Below the pieces are notes generated by a model that made no database searches, was not told where the DNA came from, and was given only the letters and a program-made list of their open reading frames with translations. Positions 49,582 through 60,381 of a stretch of 64,000 bases of DNA are shown here, piece by piece. Numbering within the stretch: the stretch's first letter is position 1; each line of letters begins with the position of its first letter. The stretch is from Flectonema sp. DT1601 (Eukaryota). The position numbers and the translations under genes are program-made. Location: NCBI GenBank assembly GCA_964019425.1, contig OZ025790.1:806001-870000 (forward strand), given 5' to 3'.

Positions 49582-50649
49582 CTATACCAAATACAAAACA
49601 CCCATACTCTCATCAAGGTAGATATCAGAATACTTTTGCATCATGCGGGCAGCGCTTAAGATCTGATCACGTGGAGTATTGAATTCTATTGAAAGCTCTT
49701 CAATGGTTTTGACTTGAGTCGTACCTGATTCAAGTAAATGTTTTACTTTATTAGAGAGTGAGACGACGTCAAAAGCTGGTATTGGTGTTGGTGTTGGTGC
49801 TGGAGCCGCAGGCTTATCGTCAGACACAATTACTTCGGTGCCTGGTAATGGAACAACTGCGAGTGACGGAACAGGAATCGGTTTTATTATCTTCTTCTCC
49901 TCCGTAGTAGCAGGTTGATCCACGACTGCAGGTCTTGTCCTTGGCGCTTCCTTCTTTTCAGGTGTCTTTTTTATGATTTGCACTGCAGCAGGTGATGCCG
50001 GCCGCGCCACTTCTTCTTTTCGCTTTTTCACAATTTTCGTAGTTTTTTTACTTTCCTCTTCTTCGAATTTCATTTTTTTAGTAAGTCTCGTCAACATTTC
50101 ATCATACCACAATTCAACTTTTATTTTTAGGTATTCTTTGCTTGTTGGAGGATCGGCATTGGCATACAGTTCAGGTAAAATAAGCTTCACAATCAATGCT
50201 AAGTAAGGCCTTGAAAGGTCATTCATCCAAGTGTAATTCTGATTATATTAATTTTTTTTTTTTTTTTTAATAGAGGAGAGAGGGTGAAAAAAAAACACAT
50301 ACACTCTTTGGAACTAATGTTGCTACCCATATTTGCATACAAAAAATCTTTTCTTCTTTCGATACTGAAACAATATCACCATTAAGGGTTTCTTCAACAC
50401 GTTTTATATCTGATGCTCCGGTTGGTCTTCTCTTTAATTTTGTTCTCTGTTTGTAATTAATTTTTTTTTTTTTTTTTTTTTTGCCTATGCCAAAATTCAT
50501 GTGTTGCATACCAAACCACTTAAACCCTTTTTTAAGTAAGGTAAGTTATCGTTGAACCATTCATCAGTCATTTGACTGACGTTGTCAGTGCGCATAAGGT
50601 TTACAAGATGTTTTAAATAAGCATCTCTCACATCATCAGGACGACCCAT
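49582..50649 (-). CDS. Hypothetical protein with possible C-terminal winged helix, 3 exons
   Basis: ATG 50649 (MGRPDDVRDAY); GT-AG introns 50447-50511 and 50239-50302 give a continuous frame into ORF 49582-50226. Confidence 0.75.
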
Positions 50650-50729
50650 TTTTTTTTTTTTTTTTCCCCCTCCTTTAGTTGCTGGAAAAAGAGAGATTTT
50701 AATAAAAGAAGATTTTAATAAAATTGTTG

Positions 50730-51617
50730 TTAAATCTCAACAAACGTGTTCATGTCGGGTTTCCTGATGCTGGAGGGAATGAAACAGAGATATCAAAAAA
50801 AAAAAAAAAAGAAGAAGAAGAAGAATACCCAAATAGGCTAGCTGAAGTGTTTCTACATTTAGACTTACGTTGCTTTTAACTTCTTCCCGGAACGATACAG
50901 TGATACTAGTCCAAATAATGCAGCCAGGAGTACCACCACAGGAGTTGTCAGTAGGGCAGATGCCGACAAAACTATCGCAAGGTTGGGAATATAGTCTCTG
51001 AGTACGTAGACTGTTAAGTACCAAAGAAAATGTTGATACCCCACTCTCGACAAGAGTGTTATAAATAAGATGATATGAGAAAACATAAATATCGATGAAA
51101 ATAAATGAACCGGAGCTATCACAGAAAGCAACAGAGAACCAGCTAACGATGTAAAACCGTATTCTGTGCGAGAGTTTACGTCATTTGTGAATGTGAAGGT
51201 GTGGAGGAGGACTGTTAGCATATCAGTTGAAGAGTTTTGTTGTTTGGAACTATCAATCAAAGTCGATTCTACTTTAAGTTCAGCTGATGGTTTTATATCA
51301 GTTTGTGAACTACTTTGAGATTCTAATTTTTGACTGCCAACAGACTCAACTGGTTTCATCAGTTCAGCCATTTGAGAATGCCAGTCAGCGTCACGCTCGT
51401 ATTCAGGAGTTCTCTCTAAGATCTTTAATCTTCTTCTAATCTGAGGATCTGTAACATCTGTAGTTGTAGTTGTTTTGGTTTCTAATTTATCTTCTTTCAG
51501 ATCTTCACAACTCTTCAGCTCTGTCTTCAACCTCTCCATTAGTACCTCCCACTCTGAATCTCTTTCATAATCAGGTGTCCTTTCTAACATTTTTATTCTT
51601 CGCTTTGCCTGCAGCAT
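50730..51617 (-). CDS. Hypothetical membrane protein with a duplicated N-terminal motif
   Basis: RRIKMLERTPDYERDSEW / RRLKILERTPEYERDADW; hydrophobic C-half; probable terminal intron 50770-50868; 5' structure uncertain. Confidence 0.65.
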
Positions 51618-52579
51618 GTTGTCAGGTTTGTTACTGTGTCTGAGTATTTGGTATTAAAACTGTTGTTGTAGTTGCTGCTGTTGTATATAAAAAAGAATAG
51701 TCTATGTGAGGTAGGTTACTTATTTTTTTTTCGTTTTTTGTTTTTACTTACAGACGTTCTTCAGGGGATCGGAAGATGACTTCACATAGCGATCTTGCTA
51801 ATCAAGTCCATTCAGCGCTTCTTCCTCGGCAACTCTTTTGAGAATCTCACATTCTATGGCCGTTATCTTATCTTTTAATTCTTTTTGTTCACTTATTAAA
51901 CCAGTCTTGACTGCATTTTCAGTTAAAGGCATTGTTTCTGATTGTAATAAAACAATAAGGCAAAATTAACAAATGTTCCAAAAAATAATAAGTATTCAGA
52001 CGGTCGTTACAATGAATGTAAAGGGACTTGGATAAATAAATGAAGGGATAGACATGAATTATCATAATTGGATTCTGTCTAATAATAAACTTCACAATAG
52101 TGCAGTATTAGTACGTTTAGTTAATCTTATTGGAATATAAAAAAACATATGAAGGTTTGATTAGGTTCATACGAATATAAATCTCTTGTATTATATCAGA
52201 ACTCAATAATAAAATTAAAAAACTCATGACACAAAGTGACTAAAATGTTAATACAGGCTAACACTCTGTAAATGAAGAGGGTGAAACGTTGACAATGTAA
52301 AAACAGTAACAACTTTAAGTATTAAAAACAAAATTAGTATCAAGTACTTGACTGAAAAATATTTGTAGTTGTTAATCAAAGAAAATTACGTTTAGAAAAA
52401 AAGAAAACTATATTTTTTGTCTTACTGACCAGAAGTCGTTGTCGAATCTGAAAGGGGGTGAAGGAATAGTGGTAATCACAATTAAATTATAAAAATCACT
52501 TTTCAACCCAGACAAACCGGATAATGCAAAACCAGATTGCCAAAACCAGATCATAAAAAGAACGCCTGAGCAAGCTCAC

Positions 52580-53470
52580 CTAATCGACAGGAGAGCCTAC
52601 TGACATGCCATCAGAGATTTCTTCTTCTTCCTGCTCAGGTTCACCGGAGCAGCGGCCTATCATCCAAATTGGTAATTCTACACGACATCTGATAATCATA
52701 TTCGCAATGACTATAATTAGTATTGACATCCCACATATTATTAACATCTTAACAATGTAATCACGAAAGTGTTGTTTAATACTGTATTGACATGGATCTG
52801 TAAAAGAGTTGGAGTCGCAATGAAGACATTCTCCGGGATCGAGGTCGCAGCCGTATGCTGTTGCATTGCAGCATCTTCCCCAACCACTGCATTTAAACTG
52901 ATCTTGTATTTCACATATTTGATTTGCTTTGGAATCCTTTACCAACTGATACCAGTCATTTCCGAGTCTGAGAGTAGTGTTTTCATCTTCTAATGCTGTC
53001 ATTGCAATCATCATTGCTGCGATTCCCACAACAAGTATTCCTCCGCTAATCAAAGAAAAACCAATTTGATATTTAAAAGGAAGACAACAATATCTCATGA
53101 TATTTTGCAACCAATGTTGATTATTTCTCTTTCGACCTGTATCTCCATAGTTGAGTGAGATGCATAAAGTAAGCATCCCCCAAATGACGACTAGGCAAGC
53201 AAGACTAGTCATACAAATAATCAGGTCTCTGCAAGGCTTACATAAATCTACAAGTCCCCAATAGGTTAATCGATTACCCCCAAAAAATACTCCTAACGAC
53301 CCAAATGCAATAAAAGAAACTCCGATAATTGCAATCACACTGTCCCAAACTTTTTTTGAATTTGTTCTGATTTCGTCTTTCGGAGGCGACTCATCGCAGA
53401 ATCGAATTTCAGCAGCACAAGACTCTGACAAATCAATTTCAAAACACTCTACTCCATTATTAGTATTCAT
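52580..53470 (-). CDS. Tetraspanin-like protein
   Basis: Three TM helices, Cys-rich loop (IQDQFKCSGWGRCC...PC), fourth TM helix. Confidence 0.8.
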   Translation of the reverse strand: MNTNNGVECFEIDLSESCAAEIRFCDESPPKDEIRTNSKKVWDSVIAIIGVSFIAFGSLGVFFGGNRLTYWGLVDLCKPCRDLIICMTSLACLVVIWGMLTLCISLNYGDTGRKRNNQHWLQNIMRYCCLPFKYQIGFSLISGGILVVGIAAMMIAMTALEDENTTLRLGNDWYQLVKDSKANQICEIQDQFKCSGWGRCCNATAYGCDLDPGECLHCDSNSFTDPCQYSIKQHFRDYIVKMLIICGMSILIIVIANMIIRCRVELPIWMIGRCSGEPEQEEEEISDGMSVGSPVD

Positions 53471-53605
53471 TCCTCTGAATTAAACAATAAGATCACGTCA
53501 AACACGTTCATGTTTAAAAAACACAATTTTTTCAGTGTTTTTCCCCCCTCGTCGTGCAGGTTAGATGATAAAAAGGGAAAAATTCTGTTAATTTTTTTTT
53601 CTTCT

Positions 53606-54364
53606 TCAGCTGTTAATAATTTTATTTTCTGTTAAAAACGATTCAAAAAGTGATATAATATCATGAAATGGTTCATTGAGGCGATGACCACCACCTTGGA
53701 TTACTTCCCATCTCTTTCGTGTTGTCGCTGGAATTAAGCTATACAATTCCTTAGCATCGGACACTGGAATAACATCATCCTTTTCTCCATGGACAATTAA
53801 AGTTGGAATAGTCACGCTAGACGCTAATGGTTGATCATGAAATCCATTTTTTTCGGCATCTTCTAAGAGATTTCCACATATTTTTACATCTCCAACAAAT
53901 TGACTTTGCATGATTAAGTGACCTTCAGGTGATTTCGGAAGCTCACCCCATCGTTTAATTAATTGGGCAGCGGGAGCAACAAGTAAAAGCGCTTTAATAT
54001 TATCAATAGAGCTGGCTGCCTTCATGGCAACAACTCCTCCTATCGAAGAACCAACGACGTATACATCACCTTTCAGCATACTAAGTAAGGTTTCTGTTTC
54101 TTGTACAAAACTCGATAACGTGACTTCTTCAAGACTCGAACCCGATTCTCCATGACCAGTGAAGTCCATTCTGGCGAATCCATAGTCTCTCTTTTCAGCC
54201 CGGGCTCTGAGACATTCTGACTTCTCACTAACTCTAACAGAACAGAACCCATGCAGATAAACATAATAAGGATTACCAACAATCTTAGGGTGAAGGATAT
54301 CAACCGCCACTTCAACACCGCTGCGGACAGTCAGCCTCATTGACTTCATGTTTGTTAAATTCAC
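53606..54364 (-). CDS. Alpha/beta hydrolase (ABHD10-like)
   Basis: YLHGF, DFTGHGES, GSSIGG nucleophile elbow, HGEKDDVIP, GGHRL. Confidence 0.92.
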   Translation of the reverse strand: MNLTNMKSMRLTVRSGVEVAVDILHPKIVGNPYYVYLHGFCSVRVSEKSECLRARAEKRDYGFARMDFTGHGESGSSLEEVTLSSFVQETETLLSMLKGDVYVVGSSIGGVVAMKAASSIDNIKALLLVAPAAQLIKRWGELPKSPEGHLIMQSQFVGDVKICGNLLEDAEKNGFHDQPLASSVTIPTLIVHGEKDDVIPVSDAKELYSLIPATTRKRWEVIQGGGHRLNEPFHDIISLFESFLTENKIINS

Positions 54365-54573
54365 TGAATGTCTTATTCAAATAATTATTCTTTTTCAGTA
54401 GCTCCTTCGAGAAACTAAATATAAATACGACAGCAGTCTTCATTTTTTAGAACATCCTGAGAACTATCTGATCCGACTGTTAGGAAATTATAATTTCTTC
54501 ATCACTCGAGAAATACCTTAACTGTAAGGAAATAATAAATACTAGAATAACACAAGTATCTTCTAATAAAGAT

Positions 54574-54907
54574 AGCCACGGTAGTCTACTACACTACCGT
54601 GGCTCGGTTGACCTGTTTCATCCACTCACCGCTGCTAGTGAAAGCGTTGGTTCCTGTTTCGGTCAACTGCATCCACCACATTCCCAAGGGTTTAATCAAA
54701 AGAAGTAACTGTGTTGGACTTTTCGGACATGTATTAGCAATGGAGTTACCATTGTTATCCAACTGAACGCCGTAAGGCATTTTCCCCGCGTAGATTATGG
54801 CTGATTTAATGAGCCGTCTGCAGACCCAATGTGATCCATTTACTCTGAGACTTGCATGGCTTAATCCTTGAAACAAGCATATGACTACTGGCAGGATCAA
54901 CCAGGTT
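54574..54907 (-). rRNA. Orphan 5' fragment of 18S rRNA gene (~310-330 nt, truncated)
   Basis: Minus strand starts AACCTGGTTGATCCTGCCAGTAGTCATATGCTTGTTTCAAGGATTAAGCCATGCA, continues through CGGCTCATTAAATCAG and GCTAATACATG, then passes into AT-rich DNA. Confidence 0.95.
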
Positions 54908-55152
54908 TCTTGTTACTCTAACCAACAGGGAGTACCCGAAAGTACGCACCCGAGAGTTGAAAGCATCAAGACGTTGGTTGTCTCTTTTTTTCCGCAGTTC
55001 TGATAGAGGCAGTCACCACCAAACCTTTCGGTCAGCAGCAGCTTCTCTATAGAACTTGTGATGGTTTTCACCATCGTGCCTTCCAGAATACATTGGCATG
55101 TATGTAGCTCAGACGAGTCTGACAACTACTGCCTGGAACGAATCCGTAAGGA
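54908..55152 (-). other. Possible 5' external transcribed spacer carried with the 18S fragment
   Basis: Higher-GC non-coding segment abutting the 18S 5' end; positional inference only. Confidence 0.45.
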
Positions 55153-55172
55153 CGCGATATTAGATAGATAGA

Positions 55173-55703
55173 ATGAGTTTATTATAAAAAAGTGCACTAA
55201 AATAAAATATGAAAAAGAAAAATTATAAAAACACATTGTTCTGCTGTTCCATAATACACTGTGGAATACGTAGTTTCAGGAGCCTTAATCTTATACTACT
55301 TGTCCCTCTTAGGCCTTCATCAGTAAGTTCTAAGGGACTTCATTCCAGTTAAATAATAAATCGGATCCATCAATTGGTCTATTTCAAAAGAACTAATTTC
55401 TTAATGTCCATCGGAGCTCGCCAGGACGGGCTAGCATATATTTGCTTTTGATCAGCGTTCTATCTCTTCTACATCCGTTCGTTTTATTACGAGTGCGAGT
55501 TCTCCTTCATCGGAGCTGTAGTCGTCTTTCTTGCGCTTTTCCTTAGTGTTGGTGAGAAGTAGAATTCCTTCATTCAAGGGTGCCATGGTACAGTCGTTAT
55601 CATTATTATTATCCTGCAGAGTTTTTCTTAAAATCATGTGAAAACAATATTCTGGGTGTTTAAAATGTCTGTCAAAATGGTCAAATTATAATCGCCGGTC
55701 TGT
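55173..55703 (-). mobile_element. Shorter 5'-truncated copy of the Josephin/hammerhead element
   Basis: Near-identical to ~17540-18070; flanked by an imperfect 20-bp direct repeat (55153-55172, 55704-55723; 2 mismatches). Confidence 0.72.
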
Positions 55704-55729
55704 CGCAATATAAGATAGATAGATAGTAT

Positions 55730-56070
55730 CAGTTATCTTGTTGTACAGCCTCTGGGAATAGCTTGAACAGCTCACCTATTTCTGATTCACTTATCTTAAC
55801 TAAGATTTCCTTAATTATCTTTTCGTCGTCTTTATAATAAAATGGAATATCATTGTAAACTGTAAGAAGCTGATTCTTTTCTGTGTCTTTTATTTCCTGC
55901 ATGACTTTCTCCCAGTCTTCCCCCGTTGATAGTTAGAGTTCAGAACCTCCTACCACTCCCAGATCGATGAGTTTTGTACTGCTATTGATGAGAACACCTT
56001 CGTATTGAATTGAAAGTCTTGCTTTTTTGAAATTAGACTCAGCACATAATTTGTCCAAGACATCACTGGC
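55730..56070 (-). pseudogene. Fragment of a ubiquitin-like-domain gene with an in-frame stop
   Basis: Translates ASDVLDKLCAESNFKKARLSIQYEGVLINSSTKLIDLGVVGGSEL*LSTGEDW..., resembling the Ubl of the LRR genes. Confidence 0.5.
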
Positions 56071-57155
56071 TTAATTTTAGAACAGAAAAAGTGAGAATAA
56101 GAAAATCAGAGATTAGTAAAAGAAAAGTATTCATTTCTGCAGTTTCCTAACATCAAAGGGTAATAGAATATGTAGTTTCAGGAGCCTTAATCTCATACTA
56201 CTCGTCCCTTTTTGGGCCTTCATCAGCAAGCTCTACTCTTCGCCAGGATAGATATATAGTATTAATGGTTATCAGTCAAAAGAAGGGGAGAGGGCGGGAA
56301 AATTCAATCGATTAGATAGATAGATTAAGAAGTCCAATACATTGCATACTGTGCATCACTGATACAGCAAACTAAAGAGCATCGGGTTAACTCCAATAGA
56401 GCTACGAGGCAACAGCAACGTAATTAGACGCAATCTTATTAGATAGAGCTTCGGCTGACGGGGCATAATGAACACAATATTGTCAGCTTTCCACTTGTCC
56501 GATTGCTGTCAGGAAATGATATGAGGATAACTATAGAGAAAAAAGAAAACAAATAAATAAATAAATAAATAAATAAATAAAAATCAAAGACACTGGGGGC
56601 GGGGCGTTTTAATACTGTAAGGGATAGAATTTTGTATATAACTAAAGGAGGGTTATCGAACTTGTCCATTAAACAATGCCGCTTCGATACGGCTGTATTG
56701 TGAGTCTTGAATTTTATCTATGAGTGTAGACTTCTTTGGTGTACGCAACGACTGTTTTTCGTGTTGCTGTGTTGAAGGCTGGATATTGTATACCTGCTGC
56801 TCCTTTGAGAAAATAAATATAAATACGAAAAGGGTGCAACGCAGAACAACAATCACCAATAACATTTTAACTATCACGCGGAGGAAGTGAGATCTCGCTG
56901 AGTCGAATGCCCGAACACGGCAGTTTGTCAGCAGGTAAACTCGAGTTGAAAAGCCTCCATTGCAGAACAGACATCCGATTTGTTTGCGCCAGTCGCAGGT
57001 GGTAATCAGATTGTACTTGGCAATGCGCCCCTCAGTGTATCAAAGTACTGGGGACCGTCATTCTTTCGTATCCTTTCAAATTCCTTTTGACTCTTGCCTC
57101 GACGGCTGATAACTCCAACTTATTAGATTGCGAGAGAAATTAAAAGAGCAATAAT

Positions 57156-57516
57156 ACATCACTACAGTAAAAGCATTAGCCCTATACTATGTTAATAGCA
57201 AGAACCAAGTGAAAAAGAAGACGGCAACAGCCTGTGTATAATATAATGAAATAACTATAGGGAAGAGGAGATGTTTTAATATTTCAAAACTTAAGGGTGA
57301 ATTGATGAGAAACAACTTTATTGAATACAGATACGCAAGATACGCGAACAGCCATACAACTCGGAAGAGAACAGCAAGTAACGCTCTCTTAATCCAGACC
57401 ATTTCATCACAAAATGTGGGCAACTCAAAAAAAGGAATGATGACGAGAAGAATTTCTGAATAAAGACACAAGAAACAAGAATAAAATTAGATATTTATAA
57501 AAGTTAATAAACGCAA
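57156..57516. repeat. 361-bp direct repeat, copy 1
   Basis: Nearly identical to 59500-59860. Confidence 0.93.
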
Positions 57517-57756
57517 CGCATGCTTTCCAGAAAGTTACTCTGCCGAGGGCGATGCTCTTTATTAACTACCTTTTCCTTTAGAGGCCAAAAAAAAGAAAAG
57601 GCAATTCCTTACAACAGCGAAAGATTCTTATGTGTAGTATACAATAGAGAAAAACAAAAATTTCTGCGAGTCCAACAGAGAATTTCTCAAAGATTAATTA
57701 AGGAGGATTTAGTCCCCTTATCCATCTTCTTTTGGCATGTTTTTCATTACCTCTCT

Positions 57757-59247
57757 TCACAATCCTATTTTAGACCTCTTTTTTGCCCTTATATAAAGGG
57801 ACAAGTCTGGCAATAAGTCTTTCAAATACATAGACCTTTCTACAAACAGAGAACTATTGTCTGCAGGTACCTGAACTGATTGAAGTCTTGCGCAATCTAT
57901 GAGAAAGCTCCCTCCAATTTTTGTAACACTATTCAGACCAGAGAGGTCTAACGAGGTAATAGAGGAACAGCCCTTTAAGCAAAAATCTCCAATTTCATTG
58001 ACACTATTCAGACCAGAGAGGTCTAACTTGGTGATGGAAGTACAGGATCCTAAGAAATAACTTCCAATACTTGTGACACTATATAGACCAGAGAGGTCTA
58101 ATGAAGTGATAGAAGAACAGAATCCTAAGAACAAACCTCCAATTTTAGTGACACTATTCAGACCAGAGAGGTGAAGTGCAGTGATGGAAGAACAGCTTGC
58201 TAAGAAAGAATTTCCAATTGCAGTGACACTATTCATACCACAGAAGTCAAGTGAAGTGAGTGAAGAACAGAAAAATAAGAACCCATCTCCAATTGATGTG
58301 ACACTATTCATACCACAGAGGTCAAGCAAAGTGAGTGAAGAACAGAAAGAAAAGAACTTATCTCCAATTTTAGTGACACTATTCAGACAAGAGAGGTGAA
58401 GTGAAGTGATGCAAGAACAGCCTTTCAAGAAAGAATTTCCAATTGCAGTGAGACTATTCATACCACAGAAGTCAAGTGAAGTGAGTGAAAAACAGTAAGA
58501 TAAGAACCCATCTCCAATTGATGTGACACTATTCATACCAGAGAGGACAAGTGAAGTGATGGAATAACAGAATCCTAAGAACAAACCTCCAATTTTAGTG
58601 ACACTATTCATACCAGAGAGGTCAAGTGCAGTGATGGAAGAACAGCCTTTCAAGAAAGAATTTCCAATTGCAGTGAGACTATTCATACCACAGAGGTCAA
58701 GTGAAGTGAGTGAAGAACAGTAAGATAAGAACCCATCTCCAATTGCAGTGACACTATTAAGACCAGGGAGGTCAAGCGAAGTGAGTAAAGAATTGTCTTT
58801 TAAGAATGAGTCTTCGATGGCTTGGACTTCAGAATTTGAATTGCGGAACGAAACCCGTTTGACTATTGGAGGTATCAATCCTTTCTCAAGTTTGAGGATA
58901 TTGTTCTCTAAGAATGTGGGAGTGTCCAGAAAGAGACATTCTTCTTCGTCACCAGCCAGCCTGCGAAGCAGCTCCTCTCGCTTTGGTTCATCCACAAACC
59001 AGCTTTTATCAAATAAACGAAATCGTTTCTTCCCCACCTCCAGCTCGCTGTTGGACCCCACTCCATGAACAGCCAGACGCTTAGTTTCACAAAGAAGCTC
59101 TCCAGCGAACGACAGTTCGACTTCCTCCGCATCGATGCCCCACTCCTCAGCCGCCGCAGTCAACACGTCGCTCACGAGCGAATCAGCAACAGCTGTGAAT
59201 GACACCGCGGGAAGTCCCAAATCCGGACACGACACAGAAACTTGCAT
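57757..59247 (-). CDS. Ubiquitin-like N-domain plus BspA-like LRR protein (paralogue 2, 496 aa)
   Basis: Near-identical termini to 35850-37040 with a net four more 25-aa repeats; shared block 57545-59395 vs 35638-37192. Confidence 0.88.
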   Translation of the reverse strand: MQVSVSCPDLGLPAVSFTAVADSLVSDVLTAAAEEWGIDAEEVELSFAGELLCETKRLAVHGVGSNSELEVGKKRFRLFDKSWFVDEPKREELLRRLAGDEEECLFLDTPTFLENNILKLEKGLIPPIVKRVSFRNSNSEVQAIEDSFLKDNSLLTSLDLPGLNSVTAIGDGFLSYCSSLTSLDLCGMNSLTAIGNSFLKGCSSITALDLSGMNSVTKIGGLFLGFCYSITSLVLSGMNSVTSIGDGFLSYCFSLTSLDFCGMNSLTAIGNSFLKGCSCITSLHLSCLNSVTKIGDKFFSFCSSLTLLDLCGMNSVTSIGDGFLFFCSSLTSLDFCGMNSVTAIGNSFLASCSSITALHLSGLNSVTKIGGLFLGFCSSITSLDLSGLYSVTSIGSYFLGSCTSITKLDLSGLNSVNEIGDFCLKGCSSITSLDLSGLNSVTKIGGSFLIDCARLQSVQVPADNSSLFVERSMYLKDLLPDLSLYIRAKKRSKIGL

Positions 59248-59499
59248 TGTGTTGAGGAATGGCTGAAGTGGAGATAAGATAAGAATAGCGCGCTGTACGC
59301 CATGTCGAAGAATCAAATAATACACCTCAGCCGCTAATAAAACTGACTCAACAACTCAGAATCATCTTCAGCATCCCATTCATCCCGACATCAGGCATTA
59401 CTGAGAGAGTAATAGTTTTAAAGATATTTCCAATCATATAAATATATGTACTGAAGGGAGAAGACCCCCCAACCGCTAGAGAAGTACTTCCTCAGTGTC

Positions 59500-59860
59500 A
59501 CATCACTACAGTAAAAGCATTAGCCCTATACTATGTTAATAGCAAGAACCAAGTGAAAAAGAAGACGGCAACAGCCTGTGTATAATATAATGAAATAATT
59601 ATAGGGAAGAGGAGATGTTTTAATATTTCAAAACTTAAGGGTGAATTGATGAGAAACAACTTTATTGAATACAGATACGCAAGATACGCGAACAGCCATA
59701 CAACTCGGAAGAGAACAGCAAGTAACGCTCTCTTAATCCAGACCATTTCATCACAAAATGTGGGCAACTCAAAAAAAGGAATGATGACGAGAAGAATTTC
59801 TGAATAAAGACACAAGAAACAAGAATAAAATTAGATATTTATAAAAGTTAATAAACGCAA
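59500..59860. repeat. 361-bp direct repeat, copy 2
   Basis: Nearly identical to 57156-57516. Confidence 0.93.
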
Positions 59861-60381
59861 TCTGTCGGGGTGATGATCTTTCTATTTTAGTACTACAAAT
59901 TAAAAAGGATGTGTAAAATATGAGAAGACTAAATATTAATCATTGTTGAATACGACCACATCCTTATAAACTTTACCAGTAGTAGTCTTATTTATTTTAT
60001 TTACTTATTCGCGAAGTTTAAGAACTCATAATTCAGAGGGGAGTTGAATGTTTGAATTTGTAAAATACAACTGTTTTGTATCGCGTTAACATAGCGATAG
60101 TTTAACATCTGTTAAGGATACAGTGACTAGGTGTGATGCTTAACTTAGCCTTTTAAAGTAACTATTAGGTTTCAAGAGTAATCCTCTTACCTCTATTCTC
60201 TCATCAGTATGGTGTAGAAGGGAGGCTCAACAGCCCACCGTGAGACTCTCACAGACGATGAGAGACGTTGAAGAACCTGAAACAAATAACGGCAATTTCA
60301 GTCAAAGAGAGGAAGAACACGCTACATTAGATGAGAAAAAACAAAGAAAGAAAAATGATATAAATGAAATAAAATTAGATC

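Noticed and set aside
51798..51932. 44-codon ORF (MPLTENAVK...) upstream of the 51617 gene
   Set aside because: Ends in TAG before the nearby GTAAGT donor and cannot be joined confidently; may be a uORF or small gene.
54589..54900. 103-aa ORF
   Set aside because: It is a translation of the 18S rRNA fragment.
57156..59860. LTR retrotransposon interpretation of the 361-bp repeats
   Set aside because: No consistent TG...CA termini, TSD, primer-binding site or gag/pol.
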